From contig JBBCAV010000119.1 of NCBI GenBank assembly GCA_051382305.1, forward strand, positions 1 through 17,402: DNA of 17,402 nucleotides. The letters are read 5' to 3'. Positions 1 to 7,876 of this stretch are shown one piece after another (within the stretch, counting starts at the first letter, position 1; each line of letters opens with the position of its first letter). The translations under genes were made by a program, and so were the position numbers. This stretch comes from Bdellovibrionota bacterium FG-2. GTDB lineage: Bacteria; Bdellovibrionota; UBA1018. The notes under the pieces were generated by a model that made no database searches, was not told the origin of the DNA, and worked only from the letters and a program-made list of their open reading frames with translations.

Positions 1-323
1 TCGCCTCTTATAGGGGATCGTGGGAGGGGCATTTTTGAGAAGTAGATTGAAAAAACCGAAACCAGGAGACCGTTGAGCCCTACTTATCCTAGGCCGCTAA
101 ACTGTCCAAACTTCGGGGCGCAGCCCATCCAGGCCATTTTGATTTCCATGCGTTGATGCAGAAGGTTCAGGAAATCAACACAAAACTAGACCACGTTCAG
201 GAAACCGAAGATCAAATTCTGGAAAAACGAGCTTGACGTAATTACGAGTGACCGACAAATTGATGAATTTCAACGGGCGTCCAGGAGGTCACCGCTTTTA
301 GAGGGATATATTTGCGGACTGTT

Positions 324-370
324 GGTATTGTCTATTAGTCATACCCATGGTATTCTCTGAACAGAATACC
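324..370 (+). promoter_or_regulatory. Sigma70-type promoter (TTGTCT-N17-TATTCT, extended -10) overlapped by two tandem GGTAT-N12-ATACC operators of the TA operon
   Basis: -35 TTGTCT at 328-333; TGg+TATTCT at 348-356. GGTAT(324-328)-12 nt-ATACC(341-345) and GGTAT(349-353)-12 nt-ATACC(366-370). GGAGA RBS at 372-376 before ATG 384. Confidence 0.7.
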
Positions 371-383
371 GGGAGAAGCCCCT

Positions 384-644
384 ATGACCGTCCGAAAAAT
401 TACAATTTCACTTCCAGAGGAGATTCTTCTCCAAGTCGATCGCTTGGCGAAACGCACGCACACGACCCGCAGTGGATGTATCGCGCGAGTCCTTTCAGAG
501 GTTTCGCGCGCAAGTACTCAAGCGGAAATTACTGAGCGGATTAATCAACTCTTCAGTGAGCCGGAGGTTAAAGAAGAGCAGTCCGAGGTTGCTGCGCACT
601 ATCTGAAGGCCGCAGAGAAGGGTTTTGAGGATTCGGAATGGTAA
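384..644 (+). CDS. Ribbon-helix-helix (CopG-type) antitoxin, MazE/ChpI-like
   Basis: 86 aa with an N-terminal RHH pattern (KITISLPEEILLQVDRLAKRTHTTRSGCIARVL) and an acidic C-terminus ending in EW. Overlaps the toxin start by 7 nt (ATGGTAA). Confidence 0.85.
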   Translation: MTVRKITISLPEEILLQVDRLAKRTHTTRSGCIARVLSEVSRASTQAEITERINQLFSEPEVKEEQSEVAAHYLKAAEKGFEDSEW

Positions 645-988
645 TCAAGCAGGGCGACTTGGTTTGGGTGAGCTTTCCCCGTCCCAGGGGATCAGAGCCA
701 GCGGGTCGACGTCCAGCCCTAGTGATTCAGTCAAACACATTTAACTTGAGTCGAATAAATACCGTGATCGTGGCTGCAGTGACTTCGACCCTTCGGTTCG
801 AAGCGATGCCTGGCAATGTACGGCTGAATAAAGGTGAGGCCGGGATGCCGAAGTCAAGTGTGGTGAATGTTTCACAGATCCACTCGATTGATCGCAGCTA
901 TATTGAATCTAGAATCGGGACGCTTAGTGCCGAAAAATTCAAGCAGGTTCAATTGGGTCTTCGAACGATTTTTGATATTACTGAGTAA
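638..988 (+). CDS. mazF: Type II toxin, PemK/MazF-family endoribonuclease
   Basis: MVIKQGDLVWV...GSEPAGRRPALVIQSN...VIVAAVTS...SVVNVSQIHSIDR...IGTLS matches the PemK/MazF signature; translationally coupled to the antitoxin. Confidence 0.93.
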   Translation: MVIKQGDLVWVSFPRPRGSEPAGRRPALVIQSNTFNLSRINTVIVAAVTSTLRFEAMPGNVRLNKGEAGMPKSSVVNVSQIHSIDRSYIESRIGTLSAEKFKQVQLGLRTIFDITE

Positions 989-1000
989 CTTCCTAAAAAT

Positions 1001-1819
1001 ATGATGAAACCTAAAACGACACTCAAATCCCCCCATTTTTCGCCCCAAACCCTCAAGTTCCTCGAAAAAGCGGGACGGCAGAAGAGCCCCAAATGGCTCG
1101 ACCACAATCGCTCCGAATACGAAAGTCTTCTCGTCGCACCGCTTAAGCACTTGGCCCAGCATCTCAAATCCACCTTGGGTCGCGAAGCCCCCCTTTATCA
1201 CTTTCCTCAAAAAGGAATCGGCCGAATCAAGCGCCCCTCAAATCGGGTGAAAGAGCGTGGGGGTTCGCTCTATCGCGACTGGATGACCTACTCGGCCTCA
1301 CGCCCGGCGCAGTCTCGGTTTGAGCACAACCCAAATCTCTTTTTCTTGATGAACCCTGAGGACAAAAAAGACAGCGTATTGGTCGCAGGCGGACTCTACA
1401 TGCCGTCCTCACGGCAAGTGAAGGCAATCCGACAGGCGATCGCTGAGAGCCCTTTATTCGTAAAAGAGTTAAAGGCATTGTTTGCTTCGAAGGCCTTTTC
1501 CGCCTGTTTCAAGGGCGGATTCTCAAGCGAAAGAATATCCTCACGGATTCCTAGAGGTTTTGATCCTTCTCATCCTCAAATTGAGTGGATCAAGCTTCAG
1601 GCGTTTTTCGTGTGGAGATCCTATACCCGCAAGGAGTTTATCTCGCCAAAGTTTCCTGCGATCATGGAGCGCGATTGGCGACAGATCTTACGGCTCAATG
1701 CCTTGCTTAAAAAAGCGCTTGGCGGGCCCTCTTCTTTAGAAACGAAAGAGTCCCGCACCAGCGAATTAGCAGATCGCCTGGATGTGCTTAAGCACAAGCT
1801 CAGAGCGCCAGACTTCTAG
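1001..1819 (+). CDS. DUF2461-family (TIGR02453-like) conserved protein
   Basis: FSPQTLKFLE...WLDHNRSEYE...VAGGLYMPSSRQVKAIRQAI...PRGFDPSHPQIEWIKLQAF resembles the family pattern. Start may be ATG 1001 or 1004. Confidence 0.75.
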   Translation: MMKPKTTLKSPHFSPQTLKFLEKAGRQKSPKWLDHNRSEYESLLVAPLKHLAQHLKSTLGREAPLYHFPQKGIGRIKRPSNRVKERGGSLYRDWMTYSASRPAQSRFEHNPNLFFLMNPEDKKDSVLVAGGLYMPSSRQVKAIRQAIAESPLFVKELKALFASKAFSACFKGGFSSERISSRIPRGFDPSHPQIEWIKLQAFFVWRSYTRKEFISPKFPAIMERDWRQILRLNALLKKALGGPSSLETKESRTSELADRLDVLKHKLRAPDF

Positions 1820-2562
1820 AATCCCAGCGTGCCGCCAATACCAGCGGTAACCAGCCACTCTGTGCCATCGGGAAGTTGCTCAACTTCAGCGCGAAGTTCA
1901 GGCCCGAGCGTAAGGAGTGGAAGTGAAATCGCCTTGAAGAAAAGCTTATCCGAAGCAATGATGCCGTTGGCCCAACCACTCACCACGCTTTTGCCGCCTG
2001 AGGTGAGGGCTTGTTCTGGATCGAAATTGAAGCTTGGGGTCGCGTAGTAGGCGACGCGTAGCTCATTTTGAAATCTCCAAACATGCATGTAGAGCGTCCC
2101 GCCTGCGTAGAAGCCGAACATCTTTTGATCTGCCCCTTCCGGACGCTGCCACAACACACCCATGGCGCCAACGCTTGCGCTCAATTTTCCGAGATTCATC
2201 GGCAGTCCAAAAGTCCCACCCAAGCCGAGCGCGGCTCTTTTTTCTTCGCCCTGTGTTCCACCTGTTCGGATATAAATCTCATGAAGTTTTAAGATCAAAA
2301 CACTTGCTGAGCCGCGAATTTCAAAATTTGTTGTGTCTTCTTTGTGGGCTGTAAACTCAGCCTCGGCTTCGACGAGTAACAAATTGAGTTTTCCGCCAAC
2401 GGTTGCGGTGTAGCTTGGGATGACTTGCCACTCCTGGCCGCTGGTATAGGGCGAGTCAAAGCGGGTGTCGACGCTTGCATTGATTTCAATCATGGGATCA
2501 TCACTGGCGAATGCGGTGACGCTGGATACTAACGCTAGAAGGGCAAAAAGACTGAATTTCAT
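1816..2562 (-). CDS. Secreted protein, probable outer-membrane beta-barrel of unknown family
   Basis: ATG at 2562 preceded by AGGAG. Signal peptide MKFSLFALLALVSSVTAFA, alternating amphipathic strands rich in Gly and aromatics, and C-terminal Phe (GIGGTLGF). Stop overlaps the convergent DUF2461 stop (CTAG 1816-1819). Confidence 0.6.
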   Translation of the reverse strand: MKFSLFALLALVSSVTAFASDDPMIEINASVDTRFDSPYTSGQEWQVIPSYTATVGGKLNLLLVEAEAEFTAHKEDTTNFEIRGSASVLILKLHEIYIRTGGTQGEEKRAALGLGGTFGLPMNLGKLSASVGAMGVLWQRPEGADQKMFGFYAGGTLYMHVWRFQNELRVAYYATPSFNFDPEQALTSGGKSVVSGWANGIIASDKLFFKAISLPLLTLGPELRAEVEQLPDGTEWLVTAGIGGTLGF

Positions 2563-2640
2563 AAAAGCTCCTAAGGAATTTAATACCAATTGATCACAGC
2601 TATATATCGCCGCACAGCGTTACGCAAGGGAAAACCGAAT

Positions 2641-2678
2641 AAAAAAAGGGCCCAACTCGATAATTTCGAATTGAGCCC
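2641..2678 (-). terminator. Rho-independent terminator downstream of the clostripain gene
   Basis: Minus strand GGGCTCAATTCGA-AATTA-TCGAGTTGGGCCC forms a 13-bp stem whose two mismatches are G:U pairs only on this strand; followed by T7. Confidence 0.85.
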
Positions 2679-2715
2679 CATTTTCGCCAGTTTGGCGGTT
2701 TTCAATCGTTAGTAT

Positions 2716-3951
2716 TCAGTTAACAGGGTTGTCTTGGAACAAGAATTTCAAGGCATCTCCCCATTTTGTGCCACTTGAAAACTGCAGCGTCGAATAGCGT
2801 TTTGAGTAAGTGCTGTACTCGTACTTGGAGCTTGGGAGCCAGATGGAAACCCCTGAGGCACGCTTGTAGCCCGTGCTTACGCTGTTCGTCGTTACAAAGC
2901 TGCTCATCGCCGACTCTATCCCTGCAAGTGACGTTGGCTCAATCGACTTAACGTCCGACTTCTTAAGAATGCTCACGAAGTCCATCAGATCGCCGTAATC
3001 ACCATAGGTAAAGTCCTGTGTGGTGCTTGCCGCTGAAATCACTTTGGTTCTCTCTGCTGAGTTAAGTTTTTGAATATCTGTTGCAAAGAGGGTGATGGCA
3101 TTATTTAAGCCTGCCAAATGAGCCATATTGTAGACTGAGAAAGTTACATCTTGGAATCCGTTTGCTCCACCTTGGTAGGACTTGAAATACTCCTCAGAGA
3201 GGTATTTTCCAACTTCGCCAGGGCCCGCTTTTGGATTTCTTGCCCATTGTTGCAAGAAAGTGTCGTAGGGCCAGCCAGCTGCTGCCTCGGTTTCTTGCGA
3301 ACCTGCGAAGAAGTCGACAGAATTCCCCATTTCAGTTGCGACTTCAACCATGGCCATCAAGCAGGCATCGCTGCCGTAGAGATCAACGTTGTGACCGATG
3401 ATCTTTGCAGATTCTGCCATGGCTTGTCCCAACTGGACCGTCGTCATAAAGTGACCGGTGAGATCGTCCCAGCTGATGTCGTTGGTGTGAATTCCTCCTG
3501 CGGCTCTTTGATTTTGCAGATGCCAACCACCACCGTGGTCCCACACGTTAATGAAGTAGTGTTTAGCGGGGTAATTTTCAACGCCCCATCGAACAAATTC
3601 CACAAGGTTCCGATAATCTCCCATGTCGACACTGCCCATGCTTTGAACAATGGGGGAGGTGACCAGGTTCATGTTGTTATCTTTTTGTACGTAGAGGCGG
3701 TTAACCTTCTTTTTCGCAAGGCTCGCCCATTGGACGACAATGTTGAGGTCATCAGATGAGCCGACCTTTTCCATTTGATTCATGTTGAGGGTGCCGTAGG
3801 AATCAAGATTATTGTTCCCATTCAAGAAGACTAGAAACGTCCACTCTTTTTGCTGTTTGGGGGCGGACGCATCATCGGCACGCGAGATCCCGGTTAAAAT
3901 GAGCGGAAGAAAAAGACACGACGACAAGATCAGTTTCATTATTTTGCGCAT
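2716..3951 (-). CDS. Secreted clostripain-family (peptidase C11) cysteine protease
   Basis: Signal peptide, then EWTFLVFLNGNNNL, D-M-G-D...LVEFVRWGVENYPAKHY, catalytic WDHGGGW and SDACLMA, SQETE...GWPY and C-terminal GVSIWLP. GGAGGAG RBS before ATG 3951. Confidence 0.92.
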   Translation of the reverse strand: MRKIMKLILSSCLFLPLILTGISRADDASAPKQQKEWTFLVFLNGNNNLDSYGTLNMNQMEKVGSSDDLNIVVQWASLAKKKVNRLYVQKDNNMNLVTSPIVQSMGSVDMGDYRNLVEFVRWGVENYPAKHYFINVWDHGGGWHLQNQRAAGGIHTNDISWDDLTGHFMTTVQLGQAMAESAKIIGHNVDLYGSDACLMAMVEVATEMGNSVDFFAGSQETEAAAGWPYDTFLQQWARNPKAGPGEVGKYLSEEYFKSYQGGANGFQDVTFSVYNMAHLAGLNNAITLFATDIQKLNSAERTKVISAASTTQDFTYGDYGDLMDFVSILKKSDVKSIEPTSLAGIESAMSSFVTTNSVSTGYKRASGVSIWLPSSKYEYSTYSKRYSTLQFSSGTKWGDALKFLFQDNPVN

Positions 3952-4046
3952 GCGGCTCCTCCATGAGTGGCGCTACTTTTTAACGAAACCGAAAATACCA
4001 ACCATGGTGTATTCGGCATCGTCTTGGTACTTCTGATTTATAATAA

Positions 4047-4074
4047 ATCGTATCACGAAACTTGGCGCTAGCAA
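4047..4074 (-). promoter_or_regulatory. Candidate sigma70 promoter for the clostripain gene
   Basis: Minus strand TTGCTA-N16-TACGAT with an extended -10 TG, in an AT-rich intergenic region about 95 nt upstream of the start. Confidence 0.35.
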
Positions 4075-4172
4075 CCGCTCCTTCAATGAACAGGTAAAAA
4101 AAACATGAAAAAATGAAAGGCTCAAGAATGGAGTCGTGTAAATATTTCACGAATCGTCTTGTTTTTGGCGCC

Positions 4173-5297
4173 CTATTCAACTTGGTTAGGCAGAATCGTT
4201 CCGATGCAGTGATCGCATTGATTGCAGGGCCTGAAATGGTGAGCGCGAAAAAGCTTTGAAAGAGCCTCTTTTCGACAGCCGGTAGTTTTGAAAAAACGTA
4301 GGACGTTTTGGAGATCTTCTCTTTTTTCTGCGGAATTGGCGGTGATCCACTCATTGTTTTCAAAATCCTGATCGTCCCAAAAAACGAGAGCGCTTCCAAA
4401 CTCCGAGCGTCCCACGCGCCCAATGGCTTGTGCGAGGGCAAGGAGGGAAGCGGGGGCTTGCCAAACCAAGCACCACCGAAGATGGGGGATGTCCATTCCC
4501 ATTCCGAAGGCGGAGGTTGCGACGACCAGATTAAAGTCTCCCCGGCTGATTATGTGCTCGAGGTTTAGGCGCTCCTCCTTTGAGAGCCCTGCGTGGTAGT
4601 GAAGCGATCTTTTTCCCGCGGCTTGAAGCCCTCGGCATAGGTTTTCGGCAAATCGTCGTGTCTGAACAAAGATGATGCCGCACCCTTGTTGAGCCCCTAT
4701 CCACTCTAGAGCAAGCTCGGTTCGATCGAGCCACGGCACTTTTGCAATGCTGAGTCCGAGTTTCTCGGGGAGTGCAAAATCGCCTATTTTTATGAGGTCG
4801 CGTCCCACGAGGTTTTCTAATTGCGCGATGCCTGGAGTGGGAAGGGTGGCGGTAAGCCAAAGGCTTGTTGGAATTTTGAACTTCTCGATTAAAAAAGGAA
4901 TTTCCAAAAATGCAGGTCTGAAGCTTTGTCCCCATTCCCAGAGACAATGACATTCGTCCACGGCGAGAAAGTTGGGATTCCACAGACGTAAGCGCTCTTG
5001 GGTCGCGGGAAGCGTGAGCGATTCAGGAGAAAGAATCCAAACGTCAGGTGTTGAATTATATTTTGTTCCATTTAGCGGCCCATTTTGAACTTTCAGTCCG
5101 CTGGCCCCCAATTTATCCGCGTGCTGTCTCGACAGTGCAATAAGAGGAGAAATGAGTAAGGTCCGAGTGCCCGCGCACCGCGCGCGGCGTTCAATGATAA
5201 GACTTTTTCCAGAGCCCGTTGGAGCGATTGCAAGAATGTGTCCGGGGTTTTGAAGTAAAGCGAGGGCCTGTTTTTGAAAGGGACGAAGTTCAAGCAC
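4173..5297 (-). CDS. Short RecQ-family DEAD/DEAH-box helicase (helicase core plus Zn-binding subdomain, no winged-helix or HRDC)
   Basis: LRPFQ, APTGSGKS, SPLIAL, SPE, VDECHCLWEWGQSFRP, LTAT, YHAGL, ATSAFGMGMD, QAIGRVGR, then CRK...CNQCDHC 9 aa before the stop. GTG start. Confidence 0.88.
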   Translation of the reverse strand: MLELRPFQKQALALLQNPGHILAIAPTGSGKSLIIERRARCAGTRTLLISPLIALSRQHADKLGASGLKVQNGPLNGTKYNSTPDVWILSPESLTLPATQERLRLWNPNFLAVDECHCLWEWGQSFRPAFLEIPFLIEKFKIPTSLWLTATLPTPGIAQLENLVGRDLIKIGDFALPEKLGLSIAKVPWLDRTELALEWIGAQQGCGIIFVQTRRFAENLCRGLQAAGKRSLHYHAGLSKEERLNLEHIISRGDFNLVVATSAFGMGMDIPHLRWCLVWQAPASLLALAQAIGRVGRSEFGSALVFWDDQDFENNEWITANSAEKREDLQNVLRFFKTTGCRKEALSKLFRAHHFRPCNQCDHCIGTILPNQVE

Positions 5298-5340
5298 CCC
5301 CGGCTCTCAGCTAAAACCGTGCCGGCTTCCCGTATCAGGA

Positions 5341-6357
5341 CTAAGGGCTTTGGGCGGACTGTGAGAGATCAAGCTGTGGCGATTTGGCTTTGAATTGAAG
5401 GTAGATCAGGCCTCCAAGTGCGCCAAAAGTCATGTTTGCCAGCGCAAAAAGAGTAAATACGTCTGCTCCGCGTTGAGAGCCAATGAGGCCAAAAAGAGCG
5501 GTGTAGGCGAGATGTCCAGTTCCGATTCCGGCTGGAGCGACCGGAATTGCGACTATAAGGAGGCCTAGCGGAAACACCACATACACTGAGAGTAAGCTTA
5601 GATTGGTGTCCCCAAGGGCCTCGGCAAAGGTCAGAAACACCCAGCCGACAATAAGGTGAATAACAACTGACAAGAGGAGTGTCGTGACCACGGCCAAACG
5701 ATGATTGTGGAAGGCGCGAAGCCCTTCGTAGATGCGGGCAAAAGAGCCAAGTTTGGAAACTTTGGCTTCGGCAAAACGCAATAATCGAAGTACTGGATCG
5801 TGATGCTCTCTCACCAAGAAAAGGTAGGCAAAAAAACCGACAACACAAAGCGCTGCAATCACGACAAAGAGATGAATCGCAGAGTACAGGGAGGTTCCAT
5901 AGAAACTCTTCAGCCCCAGGGTGAGTGCGCCGGCAGAGAGTAGGACAAGGGCGGAAAGGCCCGCCACACGATCAAAAAGGATGGTGCCAAAGGCCCAGGC
6001 GCGTTTTCCTTTGATTTCGTTTCCTAAATAAAATGCTTTCACAAAATCACCACTGACGGCACCAGGCAGGGCTATATTGAAGAAGTTTCCAATGAGCGCG
6101 ATTTGAAAAACCTTACCCCAGGTGACCTGCATGTTTTGCGCGCGAAGCAAAATCTGCCAGCGGGTCACACCAAAGACGAGGGTCAAAGCGAGTCCAAGCA
6201 TTGCTGGGAGCATCTTGTCCCACCGGGCAAAAGCCTCGCCCGTGTGTTGCATGGAAATAAAGCCATTCTTTGCTAGGAAATAAAGGAGGCCGCCAACGAG
6301 CGCAAGCTTGAGGAGGAGTTTGATCTTGGATTTGTAGGATTTCGGCTTTTTTTCCAT
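5341..6357 (-). CDS. Lysylphosphatidylglycerol synthase TM-domain (UPF0104/flippase-like) membrane protein
   Basis: Multiple TM helices with RWQILL, IGNFFNIALPGAVSGDFVKAFYL, TILFDRVAGL and IPVAPAGIG motifs. Confidence 0.88.
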   Translation of the reverse strand: MEKKPKSYKSKIKLLLKLALVGGLLYFLAKNGFISMQHTGEAFARWDKMLPAMLGLALTLVFGVTRWQILLRAQNMQVTWGKVFQIALIGNFFNIALPGAVSGDFVKAFYLGNEIKGKRAWAFGTILFDRVAGLSALVLLSAGALTLGLKSFYGTSLYSAIHLFVVIAALCVVGFFAYLFLVREHHDPVLRLLRFAEAKVSKLGSFARIYEGLRAFHNHRLAVVTTLLLSVVIHLIVGWVFLTFAEALGDTNLSLLSVYVVFPLGLLIVAIPVAPAGIGTGHLAYTALFGLIGSQRGADVFTLFALANMTFGALGGLIYLQFKAKSPQLDLSQSAQSP

Positions 6358-6367
6358 GTATCTCTAG

Positions 6368-7051
6368 TCATAAGCTAAAAAAGTTAGCAAATAAAGTGTC
6401 TCCTACGAGAGGGTCAAAAAGTTCTTCGCTGCGCGTAGGATTGAGTAGGGGAATGGTGGGGTAGCTTTTACCGATGATTTCATAGATTCGGTGGCCATCT
6501 TCAATGGTTTTCTCGGGGTGGAACTGAATTCCAAAAGTGGGGCTGTCACCAATTTGAAAGGCCTGAACTTGGCACCAATCCGAAGAGGCGAGGGGCTTCA
6601 TGCCCTTGGGAAGAGTACAAACTTCGTCATGATGTGAGGCAAAAGAATAGAAAGACTTGGGCAAACCTTGGGTAAGGGGGCTGGTTTGGTGGACCTTGAT
6701 TTGAGTCCAGCCGAATTCTGCGCGGTCGGCCTTCCGCACTGCGTCCTTGCCGCCGAGGGCGCGCGCGAGTATTTGATGGCCGTAACACACTCCTAAGATG
6801 GGTTTTCCAGCGCTCATGACTTTTTGCAGAAATTCAATGAGGTGATCAATCCAAGGGGCGTCCTCCATTGCAGAAGTGCGCGATCCAGACAATACGAAGC
6901 GATCAAAGGCCAGGGGGTCGCGAGGCAGGTCATCTTGTGGCGCACGTCGGATGCTTAGGGTTGCTCCGGATACTTTACGCGCAAATCTCGCTAGGCTCGG
7001 GGCGCTCCAAGAGTCTCGGTCTATGTTGTTGTCGATGATAAGAATTTTCAT
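6368..7051 (-). CDS. Stand-alone class I glutamine amidotransferase (GuaA N-domain-like)
   Basis: LSGS, PILGVCYGHQILARALGG (catalytic Cys), EFGW, SHHDEV and GIQFHPE (His-Glu). ATGA overlap with the GT2 stop. Confidence 0.92.
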   Translation of the reverse strand: MKILIIDNNIDRDSWSAPSLARFARKVSGATLSIRRAPQDDLPRDPLAFDRFVLSGSRTSAMEDAPWIDHLIEFLQKVMSAGKPILGVCYGHQILARALGGKDAVRKADRAEFGWTQIKVHQTSPLTQGLPKSFYSFASHHDEVCTLPKGMKPLASSDWCQVQAFQIGDSPTFGIQFHPEKTIEDGHRIYEIIGKSYPTIPLLNPTRSEELFDPLVGDTLFANFFSL

Positions 7052-7842
7052 GTTTTTATCTTGCCCCTTATTTTTGGCTCCATGAGAAAGGCGTATTTTA
7101 GGAACATGCTATGGGCGGCATTGATGGAAATAATGAACCCCGGAAGTCCGTCCAGAAATCCGAACTTCAGTAAGTAGGTTTCAACAAATTTCCCAAACGG
7201 CTTTAATAGGAGTTTTAGAAGGCTTCCGGAAGCGCCTCGGCGATGAAGATCTTCAGAGCCGAGCTTTGAAAGTCGGAGGTTGGTCGAGATCTGATGGTGA
7301 ATGCTCGGGAATCCAAAATGGTCTAGGGCGTTCTTCAATCGTTGTGTGCGGCCGTTTACTTCGAGTTCTTCGTGCACGTGCGGCTCGCTCCACTGACAGT
7401 GTTTGCGGTTTCCTAGGCGGGTAAGAACATTGGGGTACCAACCGCCATGACGGATCCAGCGGCCTAAGAAAAAGGTTTTTCGGGGAAAGCACATCGCCTG
7501 CAGGTCCTTGTAACCTGGGGTGTTTGCCAAGGTTTGACGAAGAGCGGCTTGGATTTCATTGGCTAGTTCGGCGGGTACTCGCTCGTCTCCATCAAGATTA
7601 AGGACCCATTCGTTCTTGGCTTGATTTTGGGCATAATTCTTTTGTTTCCCATAGCCCGGCCATGGGTTATAGATCACACGAGCCCCTAAGTTTTTTGCGA
7701 TTTCAACGGTTTGGTCGGTGCTACCTGAGTCGATGACCAGGATTTCATCGGCCCATTGAACGCTTTGAATGGCCGAAGCAATGGTCTTTTGTTCGTTCAA
7801 CGTGATGATCGTAACTGATAAGGGGCAGTGCGTGGAGTTCAC
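7048..7842 (-). CDS. Glycosyltransferase family 2, WaaE/KdtX-like LPS core glucosyltransferase
   Basis: LSVTIITLNE, VIDSGSTDQT, WPGYGKQKN, WVLNLDGDE, IRHGGWYP, VHEEL, GFLDGLPGFIIS and FLKYA. GTG start. Confidence 0.9.
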   Translation of the reverse strand: MNSTHCPLSVTIITLNEQKTIASAIQSVQWADEILVIDSGSTDQTVEIAKNLGARVIYNPWPGYGKQKNYAQNQAKNEWVLNLDGDERVPAELANEIQAALRQTLANTPGYKDLQAMCFPRKTFFLGRWIRHGGWYPNVLTRLGNRKHCQWSEPHVHEELEVNGRTQRLKNALDHFGFPSIHHQISTNLRLSKLGSEDLHRRGASGSLLKLLLKPFGKFVETYLLKFGFLDGLPGFIISINAAHSMFLKYAFLMEPKIRGKIKT

Positions 7843-7876
7843 GCTTTAGTGCTAACACATTTGAGGAGGATTGGCG

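Noticed and set aside
1-236. Possible 3' end of a + strand gene (...LMQKVQEINTKLDHVQETEDQILEKRA*, TGA 234-236)
   Set aside because: The same frame has three stops within the first 92 nt and no recognisable family; it may be a remnant but cannot be supported.
3151-3759. 202-aa + strand ORF and other long shadow ORFs (3980-4441, 4531-4983, 5369-5848, 8720-9157, 13132-13653, 16549-17019)
   Set aside because: They overlap well-supported genes antisense or out of frame and show no recognisable motifs.
3989-4016. Imperfect palindrome containing ACCATGGT, resembling ATACCCATGGTAT in the TA operator
   Set aside because: It lacks the GGTAT-N12-ATACC geometry; more likely a leader hairpin or chance.
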